A DNA stretch of 64,000 bases, taken from assembly GCA_951406725.2 (NCBI GenBank), contig OX597815.1, positions 157,418,001-157,482,000 on the forward strand, in the 5' to 3' direction. Position numbers and translations under genes: made by a program. The stretch comes from Octopus vulgaris. Taxonomy: Eukaryota. The notes under the pieces are model-generated. The model saw only the letters and a program-made list of their open reading frames with translations. It was not told the origin of the DNA and did no database searches. Positions 51,652 to 64,000 of this stretch are shown here, piece after piece; positions within the stretch are counted from its first letter, which is position 1, and the number at the start of each line of letters is the position of its first letter.

Positions 51652-52888
51652 CGGGTGGGGAATTAAAATTTACAATATTTTGAGGCAGGAAATGAAAGAC
51701 AATGTATGACCAATTAGTTTATTGAAAGTTATGAGAATTATTTGCCACAAGAAAATTTACATAACAGAAAATATTTTTATTCTATGTGTCCTTCTTTCTC
51801 AATATCTGCCTTCACACGCTTCCTGAAACTTGCGCAAGTGTTCCTCAAACATTCGGGAGACAAAGTCTCCCATTCTTCTTTAATAGTATCTTTGAGAGAG
51901 TCGACATTACTGTGTGATGTTCTATTGGTAGCCTGTTCTAAAACGCCCCAAATAGCATAATCCAGAGGGTTTCGATCTGGGCTAGAAGGTGGCCATACAC
52001 ATGATTCCAAAAAATTGCTACAGTTGGATTTGCAGAAATCTTGTATTTTTCTAGCTGTGTGTGCTGGCGCACCATCCTGTGTCCATACCTAATTACCATC
52101 TGGGTAATTTGCTTTAAGCCATGGCAATACCGGGTATCTCAGAGTCTTGTAGTAAGTATTAACATTGATCTTTTCATCAGCTTAGTAGAATTTTATACGC
52201 AGTTTCTTTCTATCGGAAACCACAACTCCAAAAGCCGTAACTTGAACAGGATGTTTTGTTTTGAATGTCCCCTTAGCCTCAGCTGTTGATTTTGCAATAA
52301 ATCTGTCATTTCTGCGGTTCAGAACAGCATCGACACTGAAGATCTTTTCATCTGAAAAGATCGTTACAATGGAGGACCATGTAAAAATTTTCTTGCACCT
52401 TTCCAATCTCTTTTCCTTCATAGCTGTTGTCAACAAGTGTTTTGGTGTTCTTGTGTAACCTCAAATCATATTTTACTGCATTTCTAATGGTCGGGCTGAC
52501 TACCTCAAGTTCAATTGCCATTTTCTTCATGGATTTGGTTGGATCCTTTAGGATTTTGGATTTGAGACCTTTAATAAAATCTTTGGTACATATTTGTTGA
52601 TTCCTCCACTCCCAGACCTCCTCATAATAGTTTTGCTCATAGTCATTCTATTCTTTACATTATAAACAGTCTTTATGGACACTCCAACTATTCTTGAAAT
52701 CTCCTTTGGTGTGACAAGTGCATTCAGAAAATCACACACACTTTGGGCAAACGTTTCTGAAAAGGTAAGGATAATAGTGTTAGGTATGATTACGACATCA
52801 ATATATGCTAGGTTTCAAAACAATTGACTTAGTACTTGCTGAGAAAAAACAACTTAATGTTCTTTGTAAATTTTGCTTCCCCACCCTG
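51652..52888 (-). mobile_element. maT (DD37D) transposon, full-length but decayed
   Basis: TIRs TA-C(A)GGGTGGGGAAnnAAAATTTACAA at both ends. Fragmented transposase with FSDEKIF, then WTQDGAPAH...WPPSSPDRNPLDY (37 residues between the last two D). Confidence 0.93.
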
Positions 52889-52900
52889 TATATATGTATG

Positions 52901-52970
<70 letters not shown>

Positions 52971-53141
52971 GGCGTAGGAGTGGCTGTGTGGTAAGTAGCT
53001 TGCTAACCAACCACATGGTTCCAGGTTCAGTCCCACTGCGAGGCATCTTGGGCAAGTGTCTTCTGCTATAGCCCCGGGCCGACCAATGCCTTCTGAGTGG
53101 ATTTGGTAGACGGAAACTGAAAGAAGCCTGTCGTATATATG

Positions 53142-53176
<35 letters not shown>

Positions 53177-53390
53177 ATGTGTTTGTGTGTCTGTGTTTGT
53201 CTCACTAGCATTGCTTGACAACCGATGCTGGTGTGTTTACGTCCCCGTCCTTTAGCGGTTCGCCAAAAGAGACCGATAGAATAAGTACTGGGCTTACAAA
53301 GAATAAGTCCCAGGGTCGATTTGCTCGACTAAAGGCGGTGCTCCAGCATGGCCGCAGTCAAATGACTGAAGCAAGTAAAAGAATAAAGAG
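52971..53390 (+). mobile_element. Full-length SINE family A
   Basis: Complete head, internal microsatellite and tail. Confidence 0.95.
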
Positions 53391-53432
53391 AATATATATA
53401 TATATATGTATGTATGTATGTGTATGTATATG

Positions 53433-53501
<69 letters not shown>

Positions 53502-53659
53502 TTTGTGCGTGTGTGTGTGTGTGTGTGTACTATATACACAGAAACACGCACACACATAAATTCATTAGATCTATATATAGTAAAGCAGCACACATTTATT
53601 GGGTTTTACAAGATAAATGTTGACAGTGAATTCGAAATTTCAGCTTACTACACATTAGA

Positions 53660-53702
53660 GTAATTGATGACGGCTGGCAAGCCGAAACATCGAAGTCACT
53701 AC
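53660..53702 (+). ncRNA. Degenerate type I hammerhead motif (C3 lost or changed)
   Basis: gtaat-TGATGA-c-ggct-ggca-agcc-GAAA-catcgaag-TC-actac. Confidence 0.55.
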
Positions 53703-54686
53703 CAGCTTTTTCTTTTACAGGTTTATGTATATTTATATGTATGTGAGTGCGCTTGAGACAGCGGGAGGAGAGGGAGAGAGAAAGAGAATGCATATATGTG
53801 AGTCTGTACCTGTAGGAGGAGAAAGTTCATTGCACAGTTCCTTTTTGAATCTAGCAGTTTTACTCTCTTCAGAATGAACGGATGTTCATCCATTTTTTTA
53901 GTCCCGCATATGTAACTTCATGTATCACAGCATGAGTTGGTGCTTTATCTGGTGTGTTGGATGATGTAGAGATAAATTGTTTATGCTACTTCGTTCCACG
54001 ATTAACGTTCTTATCGGATGACCGGCCATGATAACATCCCTTGGCAATATATCATAAAACATCACAGCTTCAATGTCGTCAACCTAGCTTGCTAAGCTTA
54101 AATATTAGCGCTAGCTTTTGCAGATAATTTACTCAACCTGAGAGCTGCATTACGTAGTCATGGAGATGACATTCGTACATGAATCCTGAGCATCATCAAA
54201 TTTTCTAGCGATAGGGAAATATTAAAAATGTGAAATGAAGAATAACCAGATTTATTGGTGATTGATTGGCAAGTTTTACTCAACGGTCAGCATCTTTAAA
54301 CACTTTTAAATTGCAAATAGCGTTCAACATTTGCCTGTTCTAGCTTCCAAAATGGATGCTTTTGGTAAGTTGCTGGGAAATGTTTGAATATGAAGGCGTC
54401 ATTTGTATTTGGCTTTTATAGATTGCTTACCCTGCTGCGGCTCTATCATGACCAGAGAAAAGATTCTATGCAGAGAATGTCTTTCATATTGAAACGTCAC
54501 AATTTCTGGACTTAAAATCAGTTTGTAGAAAGCCGAAGTCCCTTCAACGTTTCACACTCAAAGTAAGTTAATGCCAGTAACAATTTATAGCAGTCAGAAC
54601 AACAAACAGTTCAACAGTTTAGATTACTCCGCATGCAAGTAATGCCGTTAGTGGCCTGTATAAATATATATATGGAACAAGCAAAA

Positions 54687-54895
54687 GGCGGCGAGCTGGC
54701 AGAAACGTTGGCACGCCGGGCGAAATGCGTAGCCGTATTTCGTCTGCCGTTACGTTCTGAGTTCAAATTCCGCCGAGGTCGACTTTGCCTTTCATCCTTT
54801 CGGGGTCGATAAATTAAGTAGCAGTTATGCACTGGGATCGATGTAATCGACTTAATCCGTTTGTCTGTCCTTGTTTGTCGCCTCTGCGTTTAGCC
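54687..54895 (+). mobile_element. Near full-length SINE family B
   Basis: GGCGGCGAGCTGGCAGAAACG head through TTTAGCC. Confidence 0.92.
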
Positions 54896-56419
54896 AAGCA
54901 ACTTCTCAAAAACAAAACCAGCGACATAAAATTGTAACACTGACTTTTCTCTCCTGTAACACTGAATTTTGTTATCATATATCATCCAGAGCGCTCCCGT
55001 AACTTCTTACTCTGCACCATTCTCAAACAGTCATTGGTGATACTTTGCCATTAATAATGAATTTCTAGAAAAAGCTTACATAAATTGCCATTATATTGGC
55101 AGTATACAAATCAGCTGAGTCGGTTAAATGTTTACAACGATAGCGCTGTCACCACCAGGTATTGTGCTGTTTGGCACCTCTTGTTTCCTAAAAATTACAC
55201 GTGGCTACATGATTTGATGGCGCAGCCGAATCTTCCACAAATCACACCTACCTTCTTGAAAAGGTAGGACACATTAGATAGTATATTGCTACATAAACTT
55301 CCTTTAAATAGACAACTTGATGGTTACAACCGAAACGTTTTGTGTCAAAGATTTGATCTATCGAGGGTAACTCGATCATAGCTATGTTCGATCAAAACTA
55401 TATTTGAACCAAACAATAGCAACAACTGGTAAGATTTCTCAAGTTGTGTAATTTCAATCCTTATCACAGCTGACAGACTCATCAACCATCATCTACTGGC
55501 TTCGAGAACATATCAACAGACAATATGTATAATAAATGAACAGCATAAAAGAACATCCGCTGACATGAGCCAATAAGAAAGCCCCTGTGTTATCAATGTA
55601 TCATCTAGAAAGAGCAGCTAAGTCTCCTTCAAATCACACCCTACTATTTTTAAAACAAGGTGGAGAAAGAATTCCGTGATAGTTAATGTACCTTTTTGGG
55701 CTAGCATCAGCTTCTTGTTACATAATGCTAAAGAATTTGGTGGATTCCATTCTTTGTGCAGCCCAGCCAACAGCGTTGACAGAAAGGATATGGTGCGTGA
55801 GAAAATATGTTGGGTGACAGAGAACACACTGGAAATGAAAGCGGTGCAGAAAAAATGGGATAAAATGGAACGGATAATGAATAAATGGATATCTCACCAG
55901 AATAACGAACTCGGATGATATATTCACCAAATAAATTTGGAATATTGATAAGGAAGAATGTGTAACTAAAATTGTAGCTATTGGTAGCATAGGAGATAGC
56001 TAAGCAAAAGAGATTATCGTAGAAAATGTGGTGAAAAATGGAGCGAGCCATGTTGTGTTCTGCCTGAGAGTACTGCACAATGTATTCCGATGTCCGAACA
56101 AAATTACACGGAGGAGTAAAATTACTAATGTTATCGGTGCGGAAGCTATGCATCGTTGAGGCATTCTCTGGCAGCAAATAAGTTAATCCTGCTATAGTAT
56201 ACATAGTTGAATACTCTACTGGGTCTGAGGTTTGTCAGTTGTGTGATGTGTTGATTTTTTTTAAAGGATTTGACATCGGTGGAAAAAAAAAAGTGATACT
56301 CTTCATGCGAGTCGAAAACAATGTATTCCCCATTTGACAGCTCATAAAAAGAATATCACACAGGGCATTACACACACACATAAACGCACACACACATATA
56401 TGTGTATATGTATGTATGG

Positions 56420-59078
56420 TGTCAGGTCACTCTCGAGTGCTACAGGTACCATGTAGCCCAGAACAACCTGTTTAATGGTCGGGTCGCCGGCATCTAAACT
56501 GGCAGCCCCACAAGGCTTGCTTGGAGAGGTGGGTGCGTGTTGAACACCCTGCAGGCCAACAAATAAAACCTGTCAAAGGGCGGAGGAACTACAACGTAGT
56601 CAACGGCCATTCAACTATGTGTGTTTGTGGAGTGTTTGTGTGTGTGTTCTGTGTATGTTGCATTTTGGACTCTGTGTATGTGTATTGTATATACTGTGCT
56701 CCTTTTATTTATTTATTTTTAATTGTATATATCGTATGGGCAATAGGCAGGTCCTTCTAGTCCTGTACGGGTGGTGAGACGTCCTCGCCCTCCAAAAGTC
56801 TCCCGCTCCTTGCGGATATGTTTTTTTTTTGTTTTTTGCTTTTTTGTTTTTTTGTTAAATAAAGGCTAGGGTGTAAACCGTATCCAAATCCGGGGTGGAG
56901 CCCCTAAGGCGGTTAGGTGATGAAGTCCATCATCTTTCCAGCAGCGCCTGCAGTCCAGTCGTGGCTAGGGTGTGTCGTTCTGCGCCCCTCCTGGCTAAAT
57001 CGGCTGGACCGAGAGGGGAGTCCTGGGCTTGGGCAACCCAAGGCCTCCACAGTTCTCTTGCCCAGGATTCAGTGACTCCACCCCTCTACTTCTTCTTCTT
57101 CTTCTTTCAAGTCCTGAGGCGATGGGCGAGTGGTGACGGTAGCAGGTGCAGGATGGCGCTGGGAGCTGCTAGCCATGGATCTGCACTCGGGCGATCAGAG
57201 CAGGATGGTCGTTCAGCAGCCTACCGGGACAAAGGCATAGTTCGGCAGCCACTCTGACGACGGAACAGCTCTCTTTAGGGATATCACTGCCCCCCCCCCT
57301 TAGAGGGAAAGGTTTAGAAAAGGTGACTTAAAGAAAACTTGCCTCATCTCATCCTGTCACGCGGTCTAAACATGAAAGAAATACGAAAGGAGAAGCCAAA
57401 ATCCTCCTGCCGGAAAAGCACTTTATGTGTTGGAGCCTGGAATATCAGGACACTCATGGACAAGCAAAACTGTGACAGACCATAATCTCGAACAGCACTT
57501 GTGGGTCGTGAACTGCAGAGATACAGCATTGATGTTGCTGCATTCAGCGAGACACGCCTTGCTGACACGGGGGAGATCACCGAGGCTGAAGCTGGATACA
57601 CTTTCTTTTGGTCAGAGAAGGCACCGGGTGAACGCAGGGAAGCACGAGTTGGCTTTGCCATCTGCACCGCACTCATCAAAAACCTGGAGTCCCTCCCAAG
57701 AGGAATCAGCGACCGCCTGATGGGGATGAGAATTCCTCTCCAAGGCAAGATGCACATGACATTCATCAGTGCTTACAGCCCCACCGCGACCTGTTCTATA
57801 GAGAGCTGTTCTATCAGAACCTCACCAAAGTGCTACGGTCAGTTCCTAAGGACGACAAGCTGCTGATACTCGGGGACTTCAATGCCCGTGTAGGCAGCGA
57901 TGCCCAGTCTTGGCCAGATGTCATCGGGCCACATGGTATCGGACATGAGAATACTAACGGTCAACTGCTACTCACCTTCTGCGCTGAACAGAGACTCACC
58001 ATCACCAATACCCTGTACCAACTGCCTGACATCCACAAGGCTACCTGGATGCTATCCAAGGTCCAAGCATTGGCACCTGATTGACTATGTGATCACCAGG
58101 CGCCGTGACATCCAGGATGTTCGCATCACTAGGGCAATGAGGGGAGCTGACTGCTAGACAGATCACCTGCTGTTGAAGTGCAGACTGTCCTTTTCCATTG
58201 TCAGCAGACACAGACGGCAGAAAGTTAATATTAAAAAGAAACTAGACATCCAGAAACTCAGTGAACCAAAAACAAAAGAAACCCTCATTGCCAACCTTGC
58301 GAACCAGCTTGAACATCTGCCAGCAGAGGGAAACCTTGAGAAGGCCTGGGTCATCTTCCGGGATGCAGTGTATGACTCTGCTAGTCTTACCCTTGGCCAC
58401 ACAAAACGGAAACACCAAGACTGGTTTGACAACAACAAGGAGATCACCACCCTCCTCTAGGAGAAGAAAGAAGCCGTCACAGCCTGGCTCAACGACAAAG
58501 ACTCCCGAGCCAAGCACGGCCGCCTCAAGAACACCAGAGGAAAGGTGCAGACTGAGCTGCGACAGATGAAAGACAAGTGGTGGGAAAACAAGGCTGCAGA
58601 ACTACAGCAGTATGCAGACGAGTACAACTCCAAAAAGTTCTTTGCCGGCCTGAATTACGTGTATGGCCCCACGCTAAATGAAATGGCACTTGTGCGCTCT
58701 GCTGATGGAACCCTGCTTACTGAGAAGAGCGACATCATACAGCGCTGGAGTGAACACTTCAGTTAGCTGCTAAACAGACCTTCCCAGATTGACCAGCAGG
58801 CCATCCAAGACATGCCACAGCGCCCATTCGTGGTGTCGCTTGATGACCCCCCCTCCCCAACACTGGCAGAAATCCAGAAGGCCATCAAGCAACTACATGT
58901 GGGAAAAGCACCTGATCCTGACGGAATGCCCCCAGAGATCTTCAAAGAGGGAAGTGAAGCTGTTGCCATCAAGTTGACTGAGCCGATACAGCAGTTCTGG
59001 GACGAAGGGATCAGTGCCACAGGACTTCAAGGATGCCAAAATTGTGCATCTGTACCAGAACAGTGGGGGACAAAGCTT
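56420..59078 (+). mobile_element. RTE-clade LINE with 5' region and endonuclease retained, RT and 3' end missing (5' boundary uncertain)
   Basis: A GC-rich putative 5' UTR precedes the ORF below. The element ends abruptly at a (TATG)n tract. Confidence 0.85.
57372..59078 (+). pseudogene. RTE ORF: AP endonuclease, linker and start of RT, with stops and frameshifts
   Basis: GAWNIRTL, DVAAFSETR, GYTFFWS, SAYSPT, LGDFNARVG, PRSKHWHLIDY, TDHLL, QDWFD, KAPDPDGMPPEIFK, DFKDAKIVHLY. Confidence 0.93.
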
Positions 59079-59079
59079 C

Positions 59080-59112
<33 letters not shown>

Positions 59113-59991
59113 TGTATGTATGTATTATGTATGTATGTATGTATGTATGTATGTATTATGTATATGTGCGCCTGATCGTCATCTGTCAGATAACCAATAA
59201 ATAGATTTGTTTAATATTTACTCAGTTTACGTATGCATTGTTAGGATTACTTTAACAATCAATTTTGCATTCTGTGCTAATACCTTATCGAAATAGATAT
59301 TGGTTTCCAATGTAAAATTAACTGAAATAATCACCAAGTTCGATCTCACACGGGGTTTTTCTAATGGCTTAGTTTCCTTAAATACATGCAATTACCAGCC
59401 TGCATGTGTTTATGTTGTCTATTTTAAGCTGCTAGCGTGTGCGAATATCGTGGCTGTTCGGATAAATAGGTCTATGCGTAGATATATTTTGGCTACGGAA
59501 TTTGTGAGAGTTGATAGTTTTGTCATTATTTAAGCTCAATGTTTGATTTTGTTGCTGTTATTGTTGCAGGTGTTTAACCCGTTGATCAAAAAGTACACCA
59601 CACGTAACCATCTGGTCATCATTTAAAACGGTATAGAGTAATTTGAAGAAGATATTACAATTATTTTATGTAGGACAAACAACTACATAGTAACTCACTC
59701 GTGGGTTTGTTGGAACTGAAGTAATAGTTACTAATGGTGGTTATACTTGGTGTTATTTAACCCACGGTTAACCCTAATCGAGCATGCTTCTGATCAAAAG
59801 TATTGCCGCTGTGATCTTCCCCTCTTGTTGTATATCATGGCCTACATAGTCTGATCTATTCTAGATTATTTAAGAGATAAAATTATAAAATCGGCATAGA
59901 TAAACTGAGCTGGATAAGCATCAGCGCGATAATTGTATATCTAGGAAGAAAAACAAGGCAACATAAGAAAAATAACGAACAGTACAAAGAC

Positions 59992-60310
59992 AGTGTGTGT
60001 GTGTGTGTGCGTGCATGCGCGCGTGCGTGCGTGCGTGTGTGCGTGTATGTGCGTGCGTGCGTGCGTGCGTGTGCGTTGGTGCGTGTGCGTGCGTGCGTGC
60101 GTGTGCGTGCGTGCGTGTGCGTGCGTGTGCGTGCGTGCGTGTGCCTGCGTGCGTGCGTGTGCGTGCGTGCGTGTGCGTGCGTGCGTGTGCGTGCGTGCGT
60201 GTGCGTGCGTGCGTGTGCGTGCGTGCGTGTGCGTGCGTGCGTGTGCGTGCGTGCGTGTGCGCGCGCGCGTTTGTGTGCGTATGTGTGTGCAAGTGTGCGT
60301 GTTTGTGTGT
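59992..60310. repeat. (GCGT)n/(GT)n with 14-bp higher-order units
   Basis: GTGCGTGCGTGCGT repeated; strictly alternating purine-pyrimidine. Confidence 0.95.
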
Positions 60311-60754
60311 AATTGCAATGTGAAAGAAAGGAACAAGAAAAATCGACGTTTCGGACAGTTATCTTTTGCCAAAATAGGAAAAGAAAAATGAAACACTGAA
60401 AGGAAAATACAAGATTGAGTCATAAATAAAGCATAATGGAACGCAAGCAAGATCTGAACAAGGTATAGGTGTCTTTCAATAAGGAAGAGCGAGTGTGCTG
60501 TTGAAAGAAATAAGCGTAATGAGCGTGAATGAGTGCTGCAAAATATAAGCGTTTGACAGTTAATAAGGAGTCGAGTATGGGCAAGGTTGTGAGTAAATAT
60601 GTGTACTTATACAATAGTGAGAGATAAATACATGGTAGTTGGATCTAGAGTTTAAATAGGAAAGTAGATGATGTATTATGTGTTTTCCTTGACTACATTT
60701 TCTCCAAATAGCCCATAGACAAACACAAACATACTCACAAACACACACATACAT

Positions 60755-60957
60755 TTTCTTTTATTCTTTCAGTCATTTCGACTGCAGCCATGATGGAGCA
60801 CCGCCTTTAGTCGAACAAATCGGCCCCAGGACTTACTCTTTGTAAGCCTAGTACTTATTCTATCAGTTTATTTTGACGAACCGCTAAGTTACGGGGACGT
60901 AAACACGCCATCATCAGTTGTCAAACGATGGTGGGGGACAAACATGGACACACAAAC

Positions 60958-60958
<1 letters not shown>
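60755..60958 (-). mobile_element. SINE family A 3' half, antisense
   Basis: GGAGCACCGCCTTTAGTCGA..CCGCTAAGTTACGGGGACGTAAACAC. Confidence 0.9.
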
Positions 60959-61043
<85 letters not shown>

Positions 61044-61260
61044 GGTATGCAATATATAGCAGCCAAATCACTCTTATATCACAATACCCTCCATTAATAA
61101 AGGAGTGACACACTGAATAAAGATATTCTTGATAGACTAAGGTTGAATAACAGTCAGGAGTGTCACAGCTGAAAGGCTTTTATTCAATGTTGATTAGTTT
61201 GTGTTTTGTCTTGATCGGGTCTGACTTGGAGCTAAGCCATACCATAAGTTTATCATGAAC

Positions 61261-61339
<79 letters not shown>

Positions 61340-61855
61340 ATTGTTTTCTTGGATTGATCTGCTGGAAGCAAGTTCTCAAATATGTGTTGTTTCTACTGTT
61401 ATTGCTTACTACCAAGTCAGCCCTCGTTCAAGCAATATCATGATCCAAGACATTCATTTGTGACGTTCCCGTCTTATTTTCATGTACAGAGCATCTAAGA
61501 GTGCATAATGAAACGCATCCTTCCTTAGATATTATCGAGAATGCTTTGTGAATTTGCTATTTCTAGCTAGTTGTATGACTGCATACACTGGTACAGTCGT
61601 CTCAGTTACTCAGCTTATAATTGATCTAAATATAATTGCATGTTACACAACTGGTAATTGTATTTAATTATATAAATATAATTGGATATATAAAACTGCT
61701 AATTATATCTAATTGCAATCTCCTAGAAATAATTCATCTTTCTGATTTAGACACAGTTGTGTCTCGCAGAAAAAAAATATTCGTTCTACTAAATACTTGC
61801 GGCTTAGTGAACACAGATAAACTAATAACTCTGGACATTTTGTTTACGTCTGGAG

Positions 61856-61996
<141 letters not shown>

Positions 61997-62822
61997 CTGT
62001 AGTCTTATTTTCATCACGTGCTTTTACTGCACTACCGAACGTAGCTCTGTGTGCTTTGGGTATGTGCTGTAGTTTGTTGTAGTGCTCTTATTTTTACTAT
62101 ATTGAAAGTGTTTTACGTAAGATATGTGCGGTTCCTAGTGGTGCTATTTTCTGTATGTTATATATAACTGTAAGTCCTGGTGCTTTTGTTATGTATTTGT
62201 CTGAGTGGGGTTTTTTTATCATACCTAATGCACCTACTATGATAGGAATTGTTTCTGTTTTTAGTCTCTCCACATTCGAGTTACCTCTATTTCCAGATCT
62301 TTGCATTTTGAAAGTCTCTCTGTTTATTTTAAAGAAACATTGTCATCTTTTAGTATCGATACATCGATTTGAAAGCATTTTTTTCTTGGTGATCTCTGAC
62401 AACTATATTCAGCCTATTGGCCTTAATTTCCCTATCTGTGTGTATTGGCATATCCCAGAGTATGGTTGCTTTCTCGTTTTCTGTGACCTTTTCTGGCGTG
62501 TGTCTATACCATCATTTTTCTGTTGCTATTCCATAGTGTTGGCATAACTTCCAATATATATATAGGTCGCAACTCTGTTGTGTCTGTGAATAAATTCCTT
62601 CTTAGCCAGGACTGGGCAACCAGAGACTGATTTATTGTTTCTTCTCCATCTCCACATATTCTACAGATACTTGCATTTCTTTTCATAACATGTTTTTGGC
62701 GATTTCTGGTGGCAAGGCTTTGATCTTGTGCTGCAATTAAAAATCCTGCAGCTATTGTTGGGATTTTGCTTTGTCTATTTGTTTTCTGTTTAGTTTAACC
62801 CAATATTTGCCATGAAGCGGCT
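61997..62822 (-). mobile_element. R4/Dong-like LINE 3' end (CCHC finger plus restriction-like endonuclease)
   Basis: PLHGKYW, LIAAQDQSLATRN, CRICGDGEETI..GCPVL, RHNRV, ILWDMPIHTD..ANR..IV, PIIVGALG, LGTAHILRKTLSI-stop, a 100-nt 3' UTR, then (TAA)n. Confidence 0.88.
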
Positions 62823-63153
62823 GATCACGAGCAGAAGTAGTGAGGGAGCATCATAGCCATGTGTTGAGAGGAATTGTTTGGAGTTTGGATAATTCACCTT
62901 TGGAATCATGAGTGTTTTGTTCAATATCCTTAAACAACCCTTATTCAGGGACCTTTTGAACTGGATGGGCTACTCGACCTGAAGGAAATTCTAACTGGAC
63001 CTCACCTGCAAGGTCATGCGCTGTTTATCTTGATATAAGATCACTATGTTACGCACATGTGGTTGTGATGCATGTGTCTGGTGTACCCTAATCAGACGGG
63101 TAGTCATGATGGGTATACTAGACTTCGTATATTTTACCCCAGTTTCACTTTGA
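62823..63153 (-). repeat. GC-richer segment joined to the Dong-like fragment, possibly its 5' UTR (internal deletion)
   Basis: Sharp compositional boundaries and direct fusion to the ORF fragment. No second copy in this window. Confidence 0.35.
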
Positions 63154-64000
63154 AGAGCCTTTCCTTCTCCCTCTCAACTCCGCTCCTAATATCTTAGATG
63201 TTTTCAGTACTGACAGTTTTAAATGATCTCATCGCTAACAACCTCTTAGAATTTCGTTAATTCTCCCTTAATTCCGACTGACCTGTTCGCTGGCCATTTT
63301 TATTTTTATTCTGCCACACGATGACGACACGCAAAGCTAAGATTATTTTTCTTTTTTTCCTTTTCTTCTCCCTCTCTACTCCGCTCCTAATAATAACAAC
63401 AACAGCAACAGCAACAACAAGCATTTCCGCGCTCATAAATTTGTTTTATTTTCACAAATGTTTGCCCGCTTTACATCTGTTAGTTTATATGCCGTTTATC
63501 TTTATCTTTTTTCCAAATGTTCCTGAGCGGTAAGTCTTTACTATATAAACGAAGGAAAAATTTCGCCAGTTTAGATTGGACTGAAGGCTAAAATCTTTTG
63601 ATAATCTGTAATCCACACGCGTTAGATTAGCTCATAGCCTGAAAATTTCGAAAAGATTCTCTCAATTCTTTCAATAGTATCTTATCCATATAACTTCTCT
63701 TCCTAAAATATATATGACTGTGACGTTGCTGCAGCCTTGTAACTTTACTTTGACCCTTTTGAACCTAAATAACTGTTTATAGATAACACTGTGGCACGAC
63801 CTGACCAAATGAACATTGTACAAGTCTGCACAGACTTTGTGTTTCTATCTTTAACACAAAGTTTTTGACACACTATTGGAATTTATTCTTGCTTACTTTC
63901 CCTGTCCTAAAAAACGCGCGAGATATTGGTCTTAGAGTGGTTTTTCTCTCCATTTCTTTATTTAGTGTATTCTGAAATACTCTTTTGATTTTTTTTTTAT

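Noticed and set aside
53800-54600. Possible decayed PLE reverse transcriptase on the minus strand (TPSY, CTNV and APTHA-like words)
   Set aside because: The motifs are too degenerate to call by eye, and the orientation conflicts with the neighbouring HHR.
56745-56820. HDV-like ribozyme around CGTCCTCGC in the RTE 5' region
   Set aside because: The nested double pseudoknot could not be built; only a simple GAGAC/GTCTC hairpin is evident.
60340-60380. Hammerhead remnant on the minus strand (CCGAAACGTCGA)
   Set aside because: Only the 3' half is recognisable; no CUGANGA-like segment.

Overview
AT-rich, microsatellite-saturated eukaryotic DNA. The SINE complement suggests an octopus (cephalopod), but that assignment is inference. 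No intact protein-coding gene is convincingly present; most ORFs in the track are read-throughs of (CA)n, (TA)n, (TATG)n, (GATA)n and (GTA)n arrays. The window is a mosaic of mobile-element debris: three tRNA-derived SINE families (called A, B and C here), a DD36E Tc1, a full-length decayed DD37D maT, a fold-back mariner derivative, a MITE, two non-autonomous Helitrons, LINE fragments (RTE, R4/Dong-like, CR1-like, and an ORF1-only gag-knuckle element) and many Penelope-like element (PLE) remnants. The main hidden signal is about a dozen minimal type I hammerhead ribozyme (HHR) motifs from several unrelated families, most with a short palindromic stem III. Several lie in long head-to-head palindromes embedded in (TA)n. 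One (25208-25259) has the non-canonical core GUGAACA, a compensatory G3-C8 swap that a CUGANGA search would miss. All motifs were folded by eye and coordinates were counted by hand, so ends may be off by a few bases.
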